From a virus, in the IMG/VR virus record IMGVR_UViG_3300047322_000252, positions 32,001 to 96,000 of that record: a stretch of 64,000 bases of DNA. One strand, given 5' to 3'. The notes beneath the pieces were generated by a model, which worked only from the letters and a program-made list of their open reading frames with translations, had not been told where the DNA came from and ran no database searches. Both the position numbers and the translations under genes were made by a program. Shown piece by piece: positions 29,657 through 38,232 of the stretch (position 1 is the stretch's first letter; every line of letters starts with the position of its first letter).

Positions 29657-30885
29657 CCACCTACGTGAACCAGCATCTGTTGTCACATCTGGCGGACGGC
29701 TCGCTCAACTTCAACGGGACAAACCTAGGTTTAGCCTTGGTTTACAGCTACGCCGTGCCGACTGACACCAGCCCCGACTCCTTCGACCAACTGCTGCTGT
29801 CGGGTGGCTTCCAGGAGCTTGACGCCGCCACCGGCTATACCCGCATCACTCGGACCGCCAACACCCAGGTGACGGCGCCGCTCACCAAGGTGGCGATCGG
29901 GGCCGACTACGCATTGACACTGACGAAGCCCACCTTCGTGGCTGCTGGTGTCTGGTACCTGGCGGGCAGCCAGGCGGGATTCACCAACCCCTGGCTCTTC
30001 GTCACCGACAGCATGTTCGGCAATGTTGTGTCACCAGGGGCCATCGTCGGCATCGCCGCCACCCCTAAGGTGCTGTTCTCCTACGTGACGCATGGGACCA
30101 CAGCGGACGTAGCCGGGGGCACGGTGGTGCAGTCTCCTGGCCCCACCACGTGGGAGTCGGCCCGCATCCAGCACGTCTACCTCTATCCGCAGCGGGTCAA
30201 CTTGATTCCGAACCCGAGCTACGAAGATGTCGGCGGCTTCGGGTGGCGCTCAGATGCTGCCATCGCCAGGGTTCTGGGTGGTGTGGACAAGCCTGCGTCC
30301 AACTACTTCGGCCGGGCGGCGGGCAAGGTGGTGCAGTCTCTCTCCATCCCGACCCAGGGCCGCATGCGGTTCTCGGCCTACGTGCGCAAGGGCACCGGCA
30401 CCAAGATCACCCTGAGTCTCGTGTGTCTGGACGAGACATACAGCGTGCTCACCACCGTCCAGGGGCATCAGCGGACGTTGTACAGCGACTGGGCACGGTA
30501 TGACGACCTCCTGGCGCCCTCCGACGACTGTGTGGCCGTGATCCCCCAGATCATCTCGGACGGGTCCTTCGACTTCGACCTGTGCCTGCTGGAGGCCACC
30601 GACCCCCTCCACGACTACTTCGCCGGGGACTCCGACACCGGGGCGCCCTACGACTTCTCGTGGCAGGGCCAGGCCCACCAGTCCTACTCTTGTTATTACA
30701 ACAACCGCCATGTGACGGCAGCACGCCTGTTCGGGGGCTATTTCAACGGCCAGATGACCTTGCCTGGCCTCGTGCAGGACTGGATTCCCACTGGCACGGC
30801 AGTGTACACCCACTGGGATGTGCTGAGTATGACGGATACTGGGCACCCCTTGAAGGACTGGTCACCCAAGATCTTCGTGCCGTAG
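29653..30885 (+). CDS. Tail/baseplate-associated protein
   Basis: R.NLIPNPS.E, FSAYV, DYF.GD motifs of carbohydrate-binding-like tail domains. Confidence 0.6.
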   Translation: MTTYVNQHLLSHLADGSLNFNGTNLGLALVYSYAVPTDTSPDSFDQLLLSGGFQELDAATGYTRITRTANTQVTAPLTKVAIGADYALTLTKPTFVAAGVWYLAGSQAGFTNPWLFVTDSMFGNVVSPGAIVGIAATPKVLFSYVTHGTTADVAGGTVVQSPGPTTWESARIQHVYLYPQRVNLIPNPSYEDVGGFGWRSDAAIARVLGGVDKPASNYFGRAAGKVVQSLSIPTQGRMRFSAYVRKGTGTKITLSLVCLDETYSVLTTVQGHQRTLYSDWARYDDLLAPSDDCVAVIPQIISDGSFDFDLCLLEATDPLHDYFAGDSDTGAPYDFSWQGQAHQSYSCYYNNRHVTAARLFGGYFNGQMTLPGLVQDWIPTGTAVYTHWDVLSMTDTGHPLKDWSPKIFVP

Positions 30886-30895
30886 GGTTCCGAAC

Positions 30896-31153
30896 ATGGT
30901 GTTCGTCCTGGTGGGGCTAGGTGTGTTCATGGTTGTACGGGTCGCCACCGAGGGCATCACCGCTCCTGCCTGGTTCTACATGGCCCTGTCGATCGCCCTG
31001 GCCTGCGGTGGACTGGCTCTCACCAGCGAAAGTCCCTGGTGGGGACCGGCCGTGGCCGGGATCGCCTTCGGGTTCTACCGAGGCGACCAGGTGATCGTGG
31101 CCCTGCGGGACTGGATTAGAGTCCGTGTTCTTCGGGGTCCGTCCCGAAGGTAA
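30896..31153 (+). CDS. Small membrane protein (holin-like)
   Basis: About three hydrophobic segments; basic C-terminus. Confidence 0.5.
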   Translation: MVFVLVGLGVFMVVRVATEGITAPAWFYMALSIALACGGLALTSESPWWGPAVAGIAFGFYRGDQVIVALRDWIRVRVLRGPSRR

Positions 31154-31184
31154 CTGGGCTTCTACCTGCACGAATGGAGAGCAC

Positions 31185-32060
31185 ATGCTCTATGCCATTG
31201 CCGGAAACGGCGTAGGCCCCAACGCCGAGATCACCAAGGCTCTCGCAGATCTCAAAGCGAAGGCCACGGCTGACGGGGTTGACTTCTGGCTCCTGCTGGA
31301 AGCGAAGGACGAACCCACCAAGGCTGACACCGTCATCTATGAGTGGGCCAACAAGACCGAGACGTGGTTCGAGACGATCACGGCCACTGACGCTGCCGTC
31401 GAGGGCGCTCAGACGGCTGAGCAGAACGAAGACCCTCACGGACGGATGTTGGAGCGCATCCTGGAGATCCGTGGGGCCGCTGAACCGGAGGACGGCTCCG
31501 TCCTGGTTCTTCTTCCCCCCGATGACGCCGACGACGATGAGCCGCTGATGGCCCTCATCGAGAACGCCATCGACTCCGACGTCGAGGTCTTCCAGTTGAA
31601 CGGGGCCATGAGCAAGCTGAGCCTCGGGGAGGCCGAGGAGGAAGGGGATGCCGAACCAGTGGCTGCTGAGCCGGTGAAAGGTGCCACCAAGAAGGCAGGG
31701 GCGGCGAAGAAGGCGGCGGCTCCTGCTGCTGCCCCCACCAAGAAGGCAGCCGCCAAGAGGGCTGCGGCCCCCACCGCCGAAGATGTCGTAGCTGCGGTCG
31801 AGGAGCTACCTGAGGCTGTTGTGTACACAGAGGACGAACTGAAAAAAATGGGCGTCCCCGAACTCACCGGCATCGCACGAGGTCAGGGCATAGATACGAA
31901 GGGCCTCGGCAAGCGGGACCTGATCACGGCCATCATGAACCTCACCGAGGGCGAGCCGGAGGCCGTCGCTGCTGTTGTGTCAGCAGTCATGACCAATGGC
32001 GACGACGACGTGATCGTCATCATCATCCCCCGGTCCAAGATCGTCGGCCTCCTGGGATGA
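31185..32060 (+). CDS. Acidic protein with AKKA histone-like linker and Rho-N/HeH-like C-terminal domain
   Basis: KKAAAPAAAPTKKAAAK; EL..M.V.EL..IA...GI...L.K.DLI.AI. Confidence 0.65.
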   Translation: MLYAIAGNGVGPNAEITKALADLKAKATADGVDFWLLLEAKDEPTKADTVIYEWANKTETWFETITATDAAVEGAQTAEQNEDPHGRMLERILEIRGAAEPEDGSVLVLLPPDDADDDEPLMALIENAIDSDVEVFQLNGAMSKLSLGEAEEEGDAEPVAAEPVKGATKKAGAAKKAAAPAAAPTKKAAAKRAAAPTAEDVVAAVEELPEAVVYTEDELKKMGVPELTGIARGQGIDTKGLGKRDLITAIMNLTEGEPEAVAAVVSAVMTNGDDDVIVIIIPRSKIVGLLG

Positions 32061-32410
32061 CCCGCACGCTGATCCGCACGCTCACAGCCCTTCCGACCAC
32101 CAAGGAAGGGCTGTGGGTGTACACCCTGGTGCCAGTGGAGCGCAAGGCGGGGCCGAACTCGGAGGTGACGTGTTACAACGTGTGCCGCAAGAAGGGCTTC
32201 TGGTTCCCCACCATCCGGGTGTGCGGGGAACCTGACGAGTTTCCCTGGGACACGACCCAGCGAGACACCAGGGGCGTGCTCTCGTGCCCGCCCTGTGCCA
32301 TCAGGTTCGTGAACCATCGCTTCAACGGGCACGACGACCCGGAGTGGGAAGATCACATCCGTATGCTCCAACTGCGGGCCATCCAGCAGATGGAGGCACG
32401 GTTCGGCTGA
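32057..32410 (+). CDS. Hypothetical Cys-containing protein
   Basis: ATGA overlap; CxxC motifs. Confidence 0.6.
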   Translation: MTRTLIRTLTALPTTKEGLWVYTLVPVERKAGPNSEVTCYNVCRKKGFWFPTIRVCGEPDEFPWDTTQRDTRGVLSCPPCAIRFVNHRFNGHDDPEWEDHIRMLQLRAIQQMEARFG

Positions 32411-32416
32411 CAACGA

Positions 32417-32446
32417 CAGAGGCCCCCTCCGAAGAAGGGGCCTCTG
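32417..32446. terminator. Hairpin between convergent genes
   Basis: CAGAGGCCCC...GGGGCCTCTG. Confidence 0.75.
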
Positions 32447-32462
32447 CTAGCTTCCCGTCTTG

Positions 32463-32966
32463 CTACGGACGGTTCTCCAGGATGTACGCCGCCCTGTCCG
32501 AGATGTCAGTCTTGGACAGGGTGGCAACTTCCTCAGCCTGATCCAGGCTGGTGTTCATGGAGCGCTTCAACTTGCGCAGCGACTTCCCGATGGAGGTCTT
32601 GCCGGGCACCTTCTGCGTGAGGTTGTCGATGTCCTCGAAGGTGACAGCCAGCCGGGTGAGGATGTCGCTGACGGCCTTCTTCACGTTCGGCTCTCCGGTG
32701 CCGGGACCCGTAGGCCCCCAGGCGTCGGCCAGCTTGTACAGGAAGCCCTCGTCACTCACCGGACGAGGGATGACCACGTTGCGGTCCTCCATCGCCAGGC
32801 GACCGGGCAGCGAGTAGCGAGCCTGGCGGAAGTTGTGGGCCGGTTCCTGGATGGCCGTGCAGATCTCATCGAGCGTGGCCGGGCCGTTCATGTCCAGGAA
32901 CGTGATGACGTTGTTGATCAGGACGTAGTGGACGGAGTCACGAGGGTCCATCTTCCTGCGGGTCAT
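32463..32966 (-). CDS. Hypothetical protein, possible winged-helix DNA-binding N-terminus
   Basis: ATG coupled to upstream TGA; I..FL..NGPATLDEI..AI pattern. Confidence 0.6.
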   Translation of the reverse strand: MTRRKMDPRDSVHYVLINNVITFLDMNGPATLDEICTAIQEPAHNFRQARYSLPGRLAMEDRNVVIPRPVSDEGFLYKLADAWGPTGPGTGEPNVKKAVSDILTRLAVTFEDIDNLTQKVPGKTSIGKSLRKLKRSMNTSLDQAEEVATLSKTDISDRAAYILENRP

Positions 32967-33853
32967 CACTCCCCCCTGGCCATGGCGTCGAGTTCGGCTT
33001 CGATGGTGCCGTTGATCTCGCCACGAGCCGCCGTGGCAGCCATGTCGAGGAGGTCCAGCGTCTCGTTGGCCGAGCCGACGAGGTCTTCTTCGTGCCGCAC
33101 ATCGGGATCGAGTCCGGCCCACGCCGTGCGGAACTCCTCCACCTTGCGGGTGGCCTCGTTGAGCAACCCGACGACGAAGAGGAACGCCTCGTTCTCGGCG
33201 GCGATCACCTTGGGCCTCTTGCCCTTGGGCCAGTCGCCCTCGGCCAGGCGCTTGCGGTTCTGGATCACACGGCGGTTCTGTGATGCCTTCGCCGTGGCTT
33301 GGCTCAGCGTCTCGGTGTCGCCCTCATCGATGGCTTCCTGGATGGCAGCCTGACGTTCGATCTTGCGCACGATCGTGGGCCGGTCCTCAGTGATGCGGGC
33401 CACCACGGCAGCAGCATCAGCATCGGAGAGGTTCTGCGCCAGCACTTCGACGTCGAGTTCCTTGCGGGCGATGGAGCGGCCGACAGCGGCCTCGTCCTTC
33501 TCGACGTAGCGCTTCTTCCCCGAGTCGTCCTGGCGACCGGGCCAGGGTGTGGCGGGCAACTCGACACGGTCACCGGGACCGATGTCCAGGGCACCGTTGG
33601 CGTCGATCCACGCTTGGTGGTACGCAGCCACGGTGTCTGCCTTTCGCAGCCCGGCGATACCGAGCTTGGCGAAGGCGGTGAAGGTCAACTTCTCCCCTTT
33701 CCGGGAGAGGTCTGACCGTTGGCCCTGGCTGGGACGGGTGAAGGCGAAGACGAGTGCTGAGCGCTCGTACTCCTTCGTGGTGAGCAGCGCCTCCAAGCCG
33801 TTGAGCTTGGTGGTGACCTCCTCGATGGAGGCCGGGATGGTGATGCGAGGCAA
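32966..33853 (-). CDS. Hypothetical protein (GQRSDL motif), candidate DNA-binding regulator
   Basis: TTG start at 33853 with GAAAGGAAAGG RBS (ORF open to 33982); helical. Confidence 0.65.
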   Translation of the reverse strand: MPRITIPASIEEVTTKLNGLEALLTTKEYERSALVFAFTRPSQGQRSDLSRKGEKLTFTAFAKLGIAGLRKADTVAAYHQAWIDANGALDIGPGDRVELPATPWPGRQDDSGKKRYVEKDEAAVGRSIARKELDVEVLAQNLSDADAAAVVARITEDRPTIVRKIERQAAIQEAIDEGDTETLSQATAKASQNRRVIQNRKRLAEGDWPKGKRPKVIAAENEAFLFVVGLLNEATRKVEEFRTAWAGLDPDVRHEEDLVGSANETLDLLDMAATAARGEINGTIEAELDAMARGE

Positions 33854-33879
33854 GGTGCCTTTCCTTTCGTAGGCTTCGG

Positions 33880-33909
33880 TTTCTACACCCTCGGCCTCGC
33901 AGGAGTCAA
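33880..33909 (-). promoter_or_regulatory. Putative leftward sigma70-type promoter
   Basis: TTGACT-18 nt-TAGAAA on minus strand upstream of 33853. Confidence 0.4.
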
Positions 33910-33985
33910 CAAGAAGCCCCACATTGACTTCTTGATGGGCCGTATGGCATGTATGCAACAGAACGAGCATTGACACTGACATGAA

Positions 33986-34020
33986 GAGAGGCCCCCCGTA
34001 CCAACACCGGGGGGCCTCTC
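33986..34020. repeat. 13-bp perfect inverted repeat
   Basis: GAGAGGCCCCCCG / CGGGGGGCCTCTC. Confidence 0.85.
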
Positions 34021-34162
34021 CTGTCCTGCATGCTCCTGCTGCCTTCTCTGGGCGCTGGAGCGCACGTACATCCTACCCTTCATACTCCGGGCCTCCTGGA
34101 CAGGGCCTGTGACACTTGCCACGACCCTTCACTTCCGGGGCCTTCCCTGCCTCATAGAGAGT

Positions 34163-34264
34163 ATGGAAACCATGGAGTGCCCCATCTGCCACGTCCAGCG
34201 CCCTGAGGATGTACACCTCGACTGGTGTACCTACGAGGGTCCCGAGCCTGCTGACCAGGACTAG
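34163..34264 (+). CDS. Possible tiny Cys/His peptide
   Basis: METMECPICHVQRPEDVHLDWCTYEGPEPADQD*. Confidence 0.35.
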   Translation: METMECPICHVQRPEDVHLDWCTYEGPEPADQD

Positions 34265-34280
34265 CGCCCGTCAATGTCAA

Positions 34281-34308
34281 TGGGACGGAGTCCTAAGACT
34301 CCGTCCCA
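34281..34308. repeat. 12-bp perfect inverted repeat
   Basis: TGGGACGGAGTC-CTAA-GACTCCGTCCCA. Confidence 0.85.
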
Positions 34309-34584
34309 GTGGCGACTCATGGTGTTGCGGCCTAGGAGTTGCTGTTGGAGTGCGTCCCTGATCAACACGTTCCACGATGGGCGGTGAGGCTCCCTACCAT
34401 CCACGAGGGTTGGTAGGAAGGGGGCGACGAGTAGTTGCTTCTCTCTTCTCTACGTGTCTGCTATGTCTCTCGGTTGCTTGGGGTTACCGCCTCGGGTGGG
34501 TTGCCTTCGCACGAAGCTGATGACGGAGCCGGACGGATTGCGGCGTGGTCTACCCCCGGTTCCGAAACCTGTCAACATGTCGGG

Positions 34585-35043
34585 ATGGCCAGAGACGGAC
34601 GCCGGGGTGATGACCCGGCATGGGAGGGCACGCTGCCGACAGGTGGACGGAGGAAGAAGGACCCCGCACTGCTGAACCGACTGCGGGAGCACTTCTGGCG
34701 ACAGATGGACAGTGTGCCCCTGTCCGTACCTCGGTGGGACTCGATCCCCCGTATGAACGCCAACATGAAGTGGATGCTGGAGGGTGGCGACGGCCGACCA
34801 CCGATCCCCGAGGACCTACTACGGGTGTCGTTCGAGTACTTCCGCAACGACGTGGACTCGTTGGACCTTGGTCCACAGACGCCGTGTTGGAACGTGTACT
34901 TCGCACGGCGCACCACCTACCTGCGTCAAGCCGCTGCTGCTCAGGCCGGGTCCCGAGGCGACGGTCATACTGTGGTGGTTGGGGACATTGCTGGGGATAA
35001 GCCTGTGAGGAAGCGGAGGCGTGTCATCCGTCGTGAGACGTGA
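34585..35043 (+). CDS. Hypothetical protein upstream of helicase loader (possible initiator)
   Basis: First gene of replication operon; GTGA overlap with DnaC-like gene; start uncertain. Confidence 0.55.
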   Translation: MARDGRRGDDPAWEGTLPTGGRRKKDPALLNRLREHFWRQMDSVPLSVPRWDSIPRMNANMKWMLEGGDGRPPIPEDLLRVSFEYFRNDVDSLDLGPQTPCWNVYFARRTTYLRQAAAAQAGSRGDGHTVVVGDIAGDKPVRKRRRVIRRET

Positions 35044-35654
35044 CTACTGTGGCTGCCCACATGGACACAGCCTTCGCCTCCGAGGTCTGGCCGATCCCCG
35101 CTCGCTTCGCTCGCATCGAGCCGAGGCAGTGGGCCGTCCGTGGTGCCAAGGACTACCCGGCTGAGTGGGAGATCGCCAAGTCGTGGCTCGCCAAGTTCCG
35201 CTCCTACCTCGTCGGCTCGCCCTTCCCCGAACTGATCGGTCAAGGCCTACTCCTCACCGGGCCTGCGGGCACCGGCAAGACCATGCTCGCTTCGAGCTTC
35301 ATCACCTACCTGCGGGGCAAACAGTTCTCCACCGCCTTCATACGGGACCGGGACCTGTACAGCCTCCTGGACATGCGCTACCCCTCCGACGACGTCATGG
35401 ACCGGCTCTGGCTGGTGGAGCGGTGCGCCTGCCTCGTCATCGATGACGCCCTGCGCATGGGCGGCAAGAGCGAACTGCTGGAGCCGTTCCTCCGATACCG
35501 CCAGGACGAGGGCAAGCCCACCATCGTGACGATGAACAACCAGGTGGCGGTCAGCGAGGTGCTGGGCAGCTTCCTGCACTCCTACACGGCCATCAACCTG
35601 GCGGGCGAGGACCGAAGGGTCAACCCCATCGAGGTGCGTGGTGCAAGATGGTGA
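35040..35654 (+). CDS. DnaC/IstB-like helicase loader ATPase
   Basis: GLLLTGPAGTGKT, LVIDD, PTIVTMN, GEDRR. Confidence 0.85.
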   Translation: MTTVAAHMDTAFASEVWPIPARFARIEPRQWAVRGAKDYPAEWEIAKSWLAKFRSYLVGSPFPELIGQGLLLTGPAGTGKTMLASSFITYLRGKQFSTAFIRDRDLYSLLDMRYPSDDVMDRLWLVERCACLVIDDALRMGGKSELLEPFLRYRQDEGKPTIVTMNNQVAVSEVLGSFLHSYTAINLAGEDRRVNPIEVRGARW

Positions 35655-36060
35655 TCTGGGCGTCTGGGAACAGCGTCGCATCTTGTTGGTGCTAGAGGAC
35701 ACGCTCGCTCACGTCACCGGCCACAACGAGGGGCGCATCCGCAGGACGTGGGCGCCCAACCCGGCCGACGAGTGGGTGTGGGGCCTCACCACGGTGAAGA
35801 CCATCATGCGCTACGCCTTCAACAGCGTGCCGGTGGAGGTGGTCACCTTCATCTCCACCGATGTGGCGGCGCTCGCCGCCGACTGGTTCCTGCGCTACGA
35901 CATCGACGTGTCCGAGGTGACGTATCTCGACTTCGGCCACTTCACCAAGTCCCTGCTGTGGCGGCGCAACAACATCCAGGAGATCATCGACACCAACCAG
36001 GAGCGCCTGCTGCGGTACGGCCAGCTTGGTCGAGCCATCCTCTTCGACGGCGAGTTCTGA
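35638..36060 (+). CDS. Conserved phage hypothetical protein
   Basis: Coupled to neighbours. Confidence 0.7.
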   Translation: MVQDGDLGVWEQRRILLVLEDTLAHVTGHNEGRIRRTWAPNPADEWVWGLTTVKTIMRYAFNSVPVEVVTFISTDVAALAADWFLRYDIDVSEVTYLDFGHFTKSLLWRRNNIQEIIDTNQERLLRYGQLGRAILFDGEF

Positions 36061-37334
36061 TGGACTACGGCAACGGGTTGATCTCGTGCATCCTCAACGG
36101 CGAGGACCTGGGCACCGCCATCGAGCGGGGTGTCACCGTGGCCTTCTTCACCGAGGAGCGGGACAAGGCCGTCTTCGGCTCCATGCTGCGGCACTACCAG
36201 AAGTACGGGACCACGCCCACGCCCGACGTGATCCTCCAGTCATACCCGTCATACGAGATCGGGCAGTACCCGCACCCCACCGAGTACTACATCGACGCTC
36301 TCGCCAGCCGACGTCGCCAGGCCATCGTGATCAACGCCGCCCAGGAGGTGGTGGAGGCGTTGAACACCGAGGGCGACGATCCCGGGCAGGACGCCGTCAG
36401 TGTGATGGAGAAGGCCATCCTCCAGGCCCACTTCGAGACGTCCCCGGCCAAGCACGTGAGCTACGTGGACCTGTTGAAGCGCCGGGTGCCCGAGTGGATG
36501 AACGGGTTCAGCACGCCCTCCATCCCCTACGGCATCCCCACCCTGGACCTGCACACCGGAGGCATGAGGCCCGAGCAGTTCATCGTCCTCACCGGGTTGG
36601 CCAAGAGTCGCAAGACGTGGACGGCGCTCTACATCGCCTCCAACGTCCACGTGTATGCCCCCGTTGTGTTCATAACATTCGAGATGTCCAACGACGAGCA
36701 GCTTGAACGGCTCGCCACCCTGTGGGGGAAGATCCCCTACGACATCGTGCGAGGGGACAAGACTCAACTCACCGAGGACCACTTCCACTCGATGACCCGG
36801 TTCCTCCACGTGCGGGAGCAGTTCTCCACCTTCCTCGGTGTCGAGGACGCAGCCGGGCACTCCACCGTCACGAGCATCCAGGCCCTCATCCAGGACACGG
36901 ACCCGGCGCTGGTGGTCATCGACGGCGTCTACTTCATGACCGATGAGGTGACCGGCCTCCAGGGGTCCTCGGACCATCAGGCACTGACCAACATCAGCCG
37001 GGCGTTGAAGCGCTTGGCCAAGACGCAGAAGGTCGCCATCCTGGCCACCACCCAGACGTTGGCCGGGAAGATCAGCAAGGGCCGCACCAGTCTCTTCGGG
37101 ATGGGCTACACGAGCGCCTTCTCCCAGGACGGGGACCTGGTCATCGGCATCGAGACACTGGAAGATCAACCCACTCTCGGCGTCATGCGTATCCTGGGCA
37201 ACCGCTCCGGTCCCCAGGGCATCGACTTCCACCTGGCATGGGACCTGAACACAGGTCTGGTCGAGGAAGTCGAAGGTGTGGCTGGTGAGAGCGGAGACGC
37301 TTCGGGAGGGTACGAGTATGACGACATCGCTTGA
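36060..37334 (+). CDS. dnaB: DnaB-like replicative helicase
   Basis: G..LD..TGG, FITFEMS, VVIDG, SRALKRLA, QDGD, NR.GP; Walker A is the variant GLAKSRKT. Confidence 0.88.
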   Translation: MDYGNGLISCILNGEDLGTAIERGVTVAFFTEERDKAVFGSMLRHYQKYGTTPTPDVILQSYPSYEIGQYPHPTEYYIDALASRRRQAIVINAAQEVVEALNTEGDDPGQDAVSVMEKAILQAHFETSPAKHVSYVDLLKRRVPEWMNGFSTPSIPYGIPTLDLHTGGMRPEQFIVLTGLAKSRKTWTALYIASNVHVYAPVVFITFEMSNDEQLERLATLWGKIPYDIVRGDKTQLTEDHFHSMTRFLHVREQFSTFLGVEDAAGHSTVTSIQALIQDTDPALVVIDGVYFMTDEVTGLQGSSDHQALTNISRALKRLAKTQKVAILATTQTLAGKISKGRTSLFGMGYTSAFSQDGDLVIGIETLEDQPTLGVMRILGNRSGPQGIDFHLAWDLNTGLVEEVEGVAGESGDASGGYEYDDIA

Positions 37335-38232
37335 CCTGACTCCATACCTGCAATCCATCGGGTTGCACGTCATGCGAGTCGAGGGCTTGGAGGTCCGGGC
37401 CTACTGTCCGGCTCACCCTGAGAGGCTGGGCAAGGAGGACCGCAGCGCCAGCTTCTACTTCAACCAGATGAAGCTGGTGGGCCACTGCTTCTCGTGCGAC
37501 TTCAAGACCCCCACCCTGGACGTGCTGGTCGAGTACCTGACGGGTGCTCCCGCCGAGGGTGACGTGGTGCTGGAGGCCCGCAAGCGCTCCCTCGCCGCCG
37601 AGGTGGACCGCATCTCGGTGCGCAAGGAGAGGGAGCTAGCCGACTCGGTGCGGTACATGGAGTGGACGTTGTCAGAACAGTTCCGCCCCGTACCCGAGCG
37701 GCTGCTGGAGATCCGCCGTATCCTGCGGGCGGCGGCAGACTTCTTCCAGGTGAGATTCGACCGTGAGCACCGCTGCTGGGTGCTTCCCATTCGTTCTCCC
37801 CGAGGGGCGTTGTGGGGTTGGCAGCAGAAGCAGAACGGCGGTGTTTACAACTGGCCCAAGGAGGTCAAGAAGAGTGACACCCTCTTCGGATTCCACCTCT
37901 GCGAGAGCGATCGAGTGGCCCTGGTGGAGTCCCCCCTCGACGTCGTCCGTCTCCACCAGGCTGGAGTCCCGGCTGTGGCCTCCTTTGGCGCCGGAGTCAG
38001 CAACCGGCAGGTCGAGTTACTGGCACGCAACTTCGGGTGTGTGGTCCTGGCGTTGGACAACGACTCTGCCGGGCTAGAGGCCATGCCCCGCCTGGAGCGC
38101 CAGTTGAAGAAGCGGACAGGGGTCGTACGCTGGGATTACTCTGGTCTGGCCAAGGGGAAGGACCCGGGGGACTACAGCAGCGACGAGGAGTTGACCACGG
38201 CATGGAAGCGGACACTGCGTCTTGGCCTCTGA
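37318..38232 (+). CDS. DNA primase (Zn finger + TOPRIM)
   Basis: CP.H...CFSC; VES..D; LALDND.AG; KDPGD. Confidence 0.9.
   Translation: MTTSLDLTPYLQSIGLHVMRVEGLEVRAYCPAHPERLGKEDRSASFYFNQMKLVGHCFSCDFKTPTLDVLVEYLTGAPAEGDVVLEARKRSLAAEVDRISVRKERELADSVRYMEWTLSEQFRPVPERLLEIRRILRAAADFFQVRFDREHRCWVLPIRSPRGALWGWQQKQNGGVYNWPKEVKKSDTLFGFHLCESDRVALVESPLDVVRLHQAGVPAVASFGAGVSNRQVELLARNFGCVVLALDNDSAGLEAMPRLERQLKKRTGVVRWDYSGLAKGKDPGDYSSDEELTTAWKRTLRLGL

Noticed and set aside
33983-34584. tRNA or attP in the intergenic region
   Set aside because: No cloverleaf/T-loop recognised and no integrase in the window
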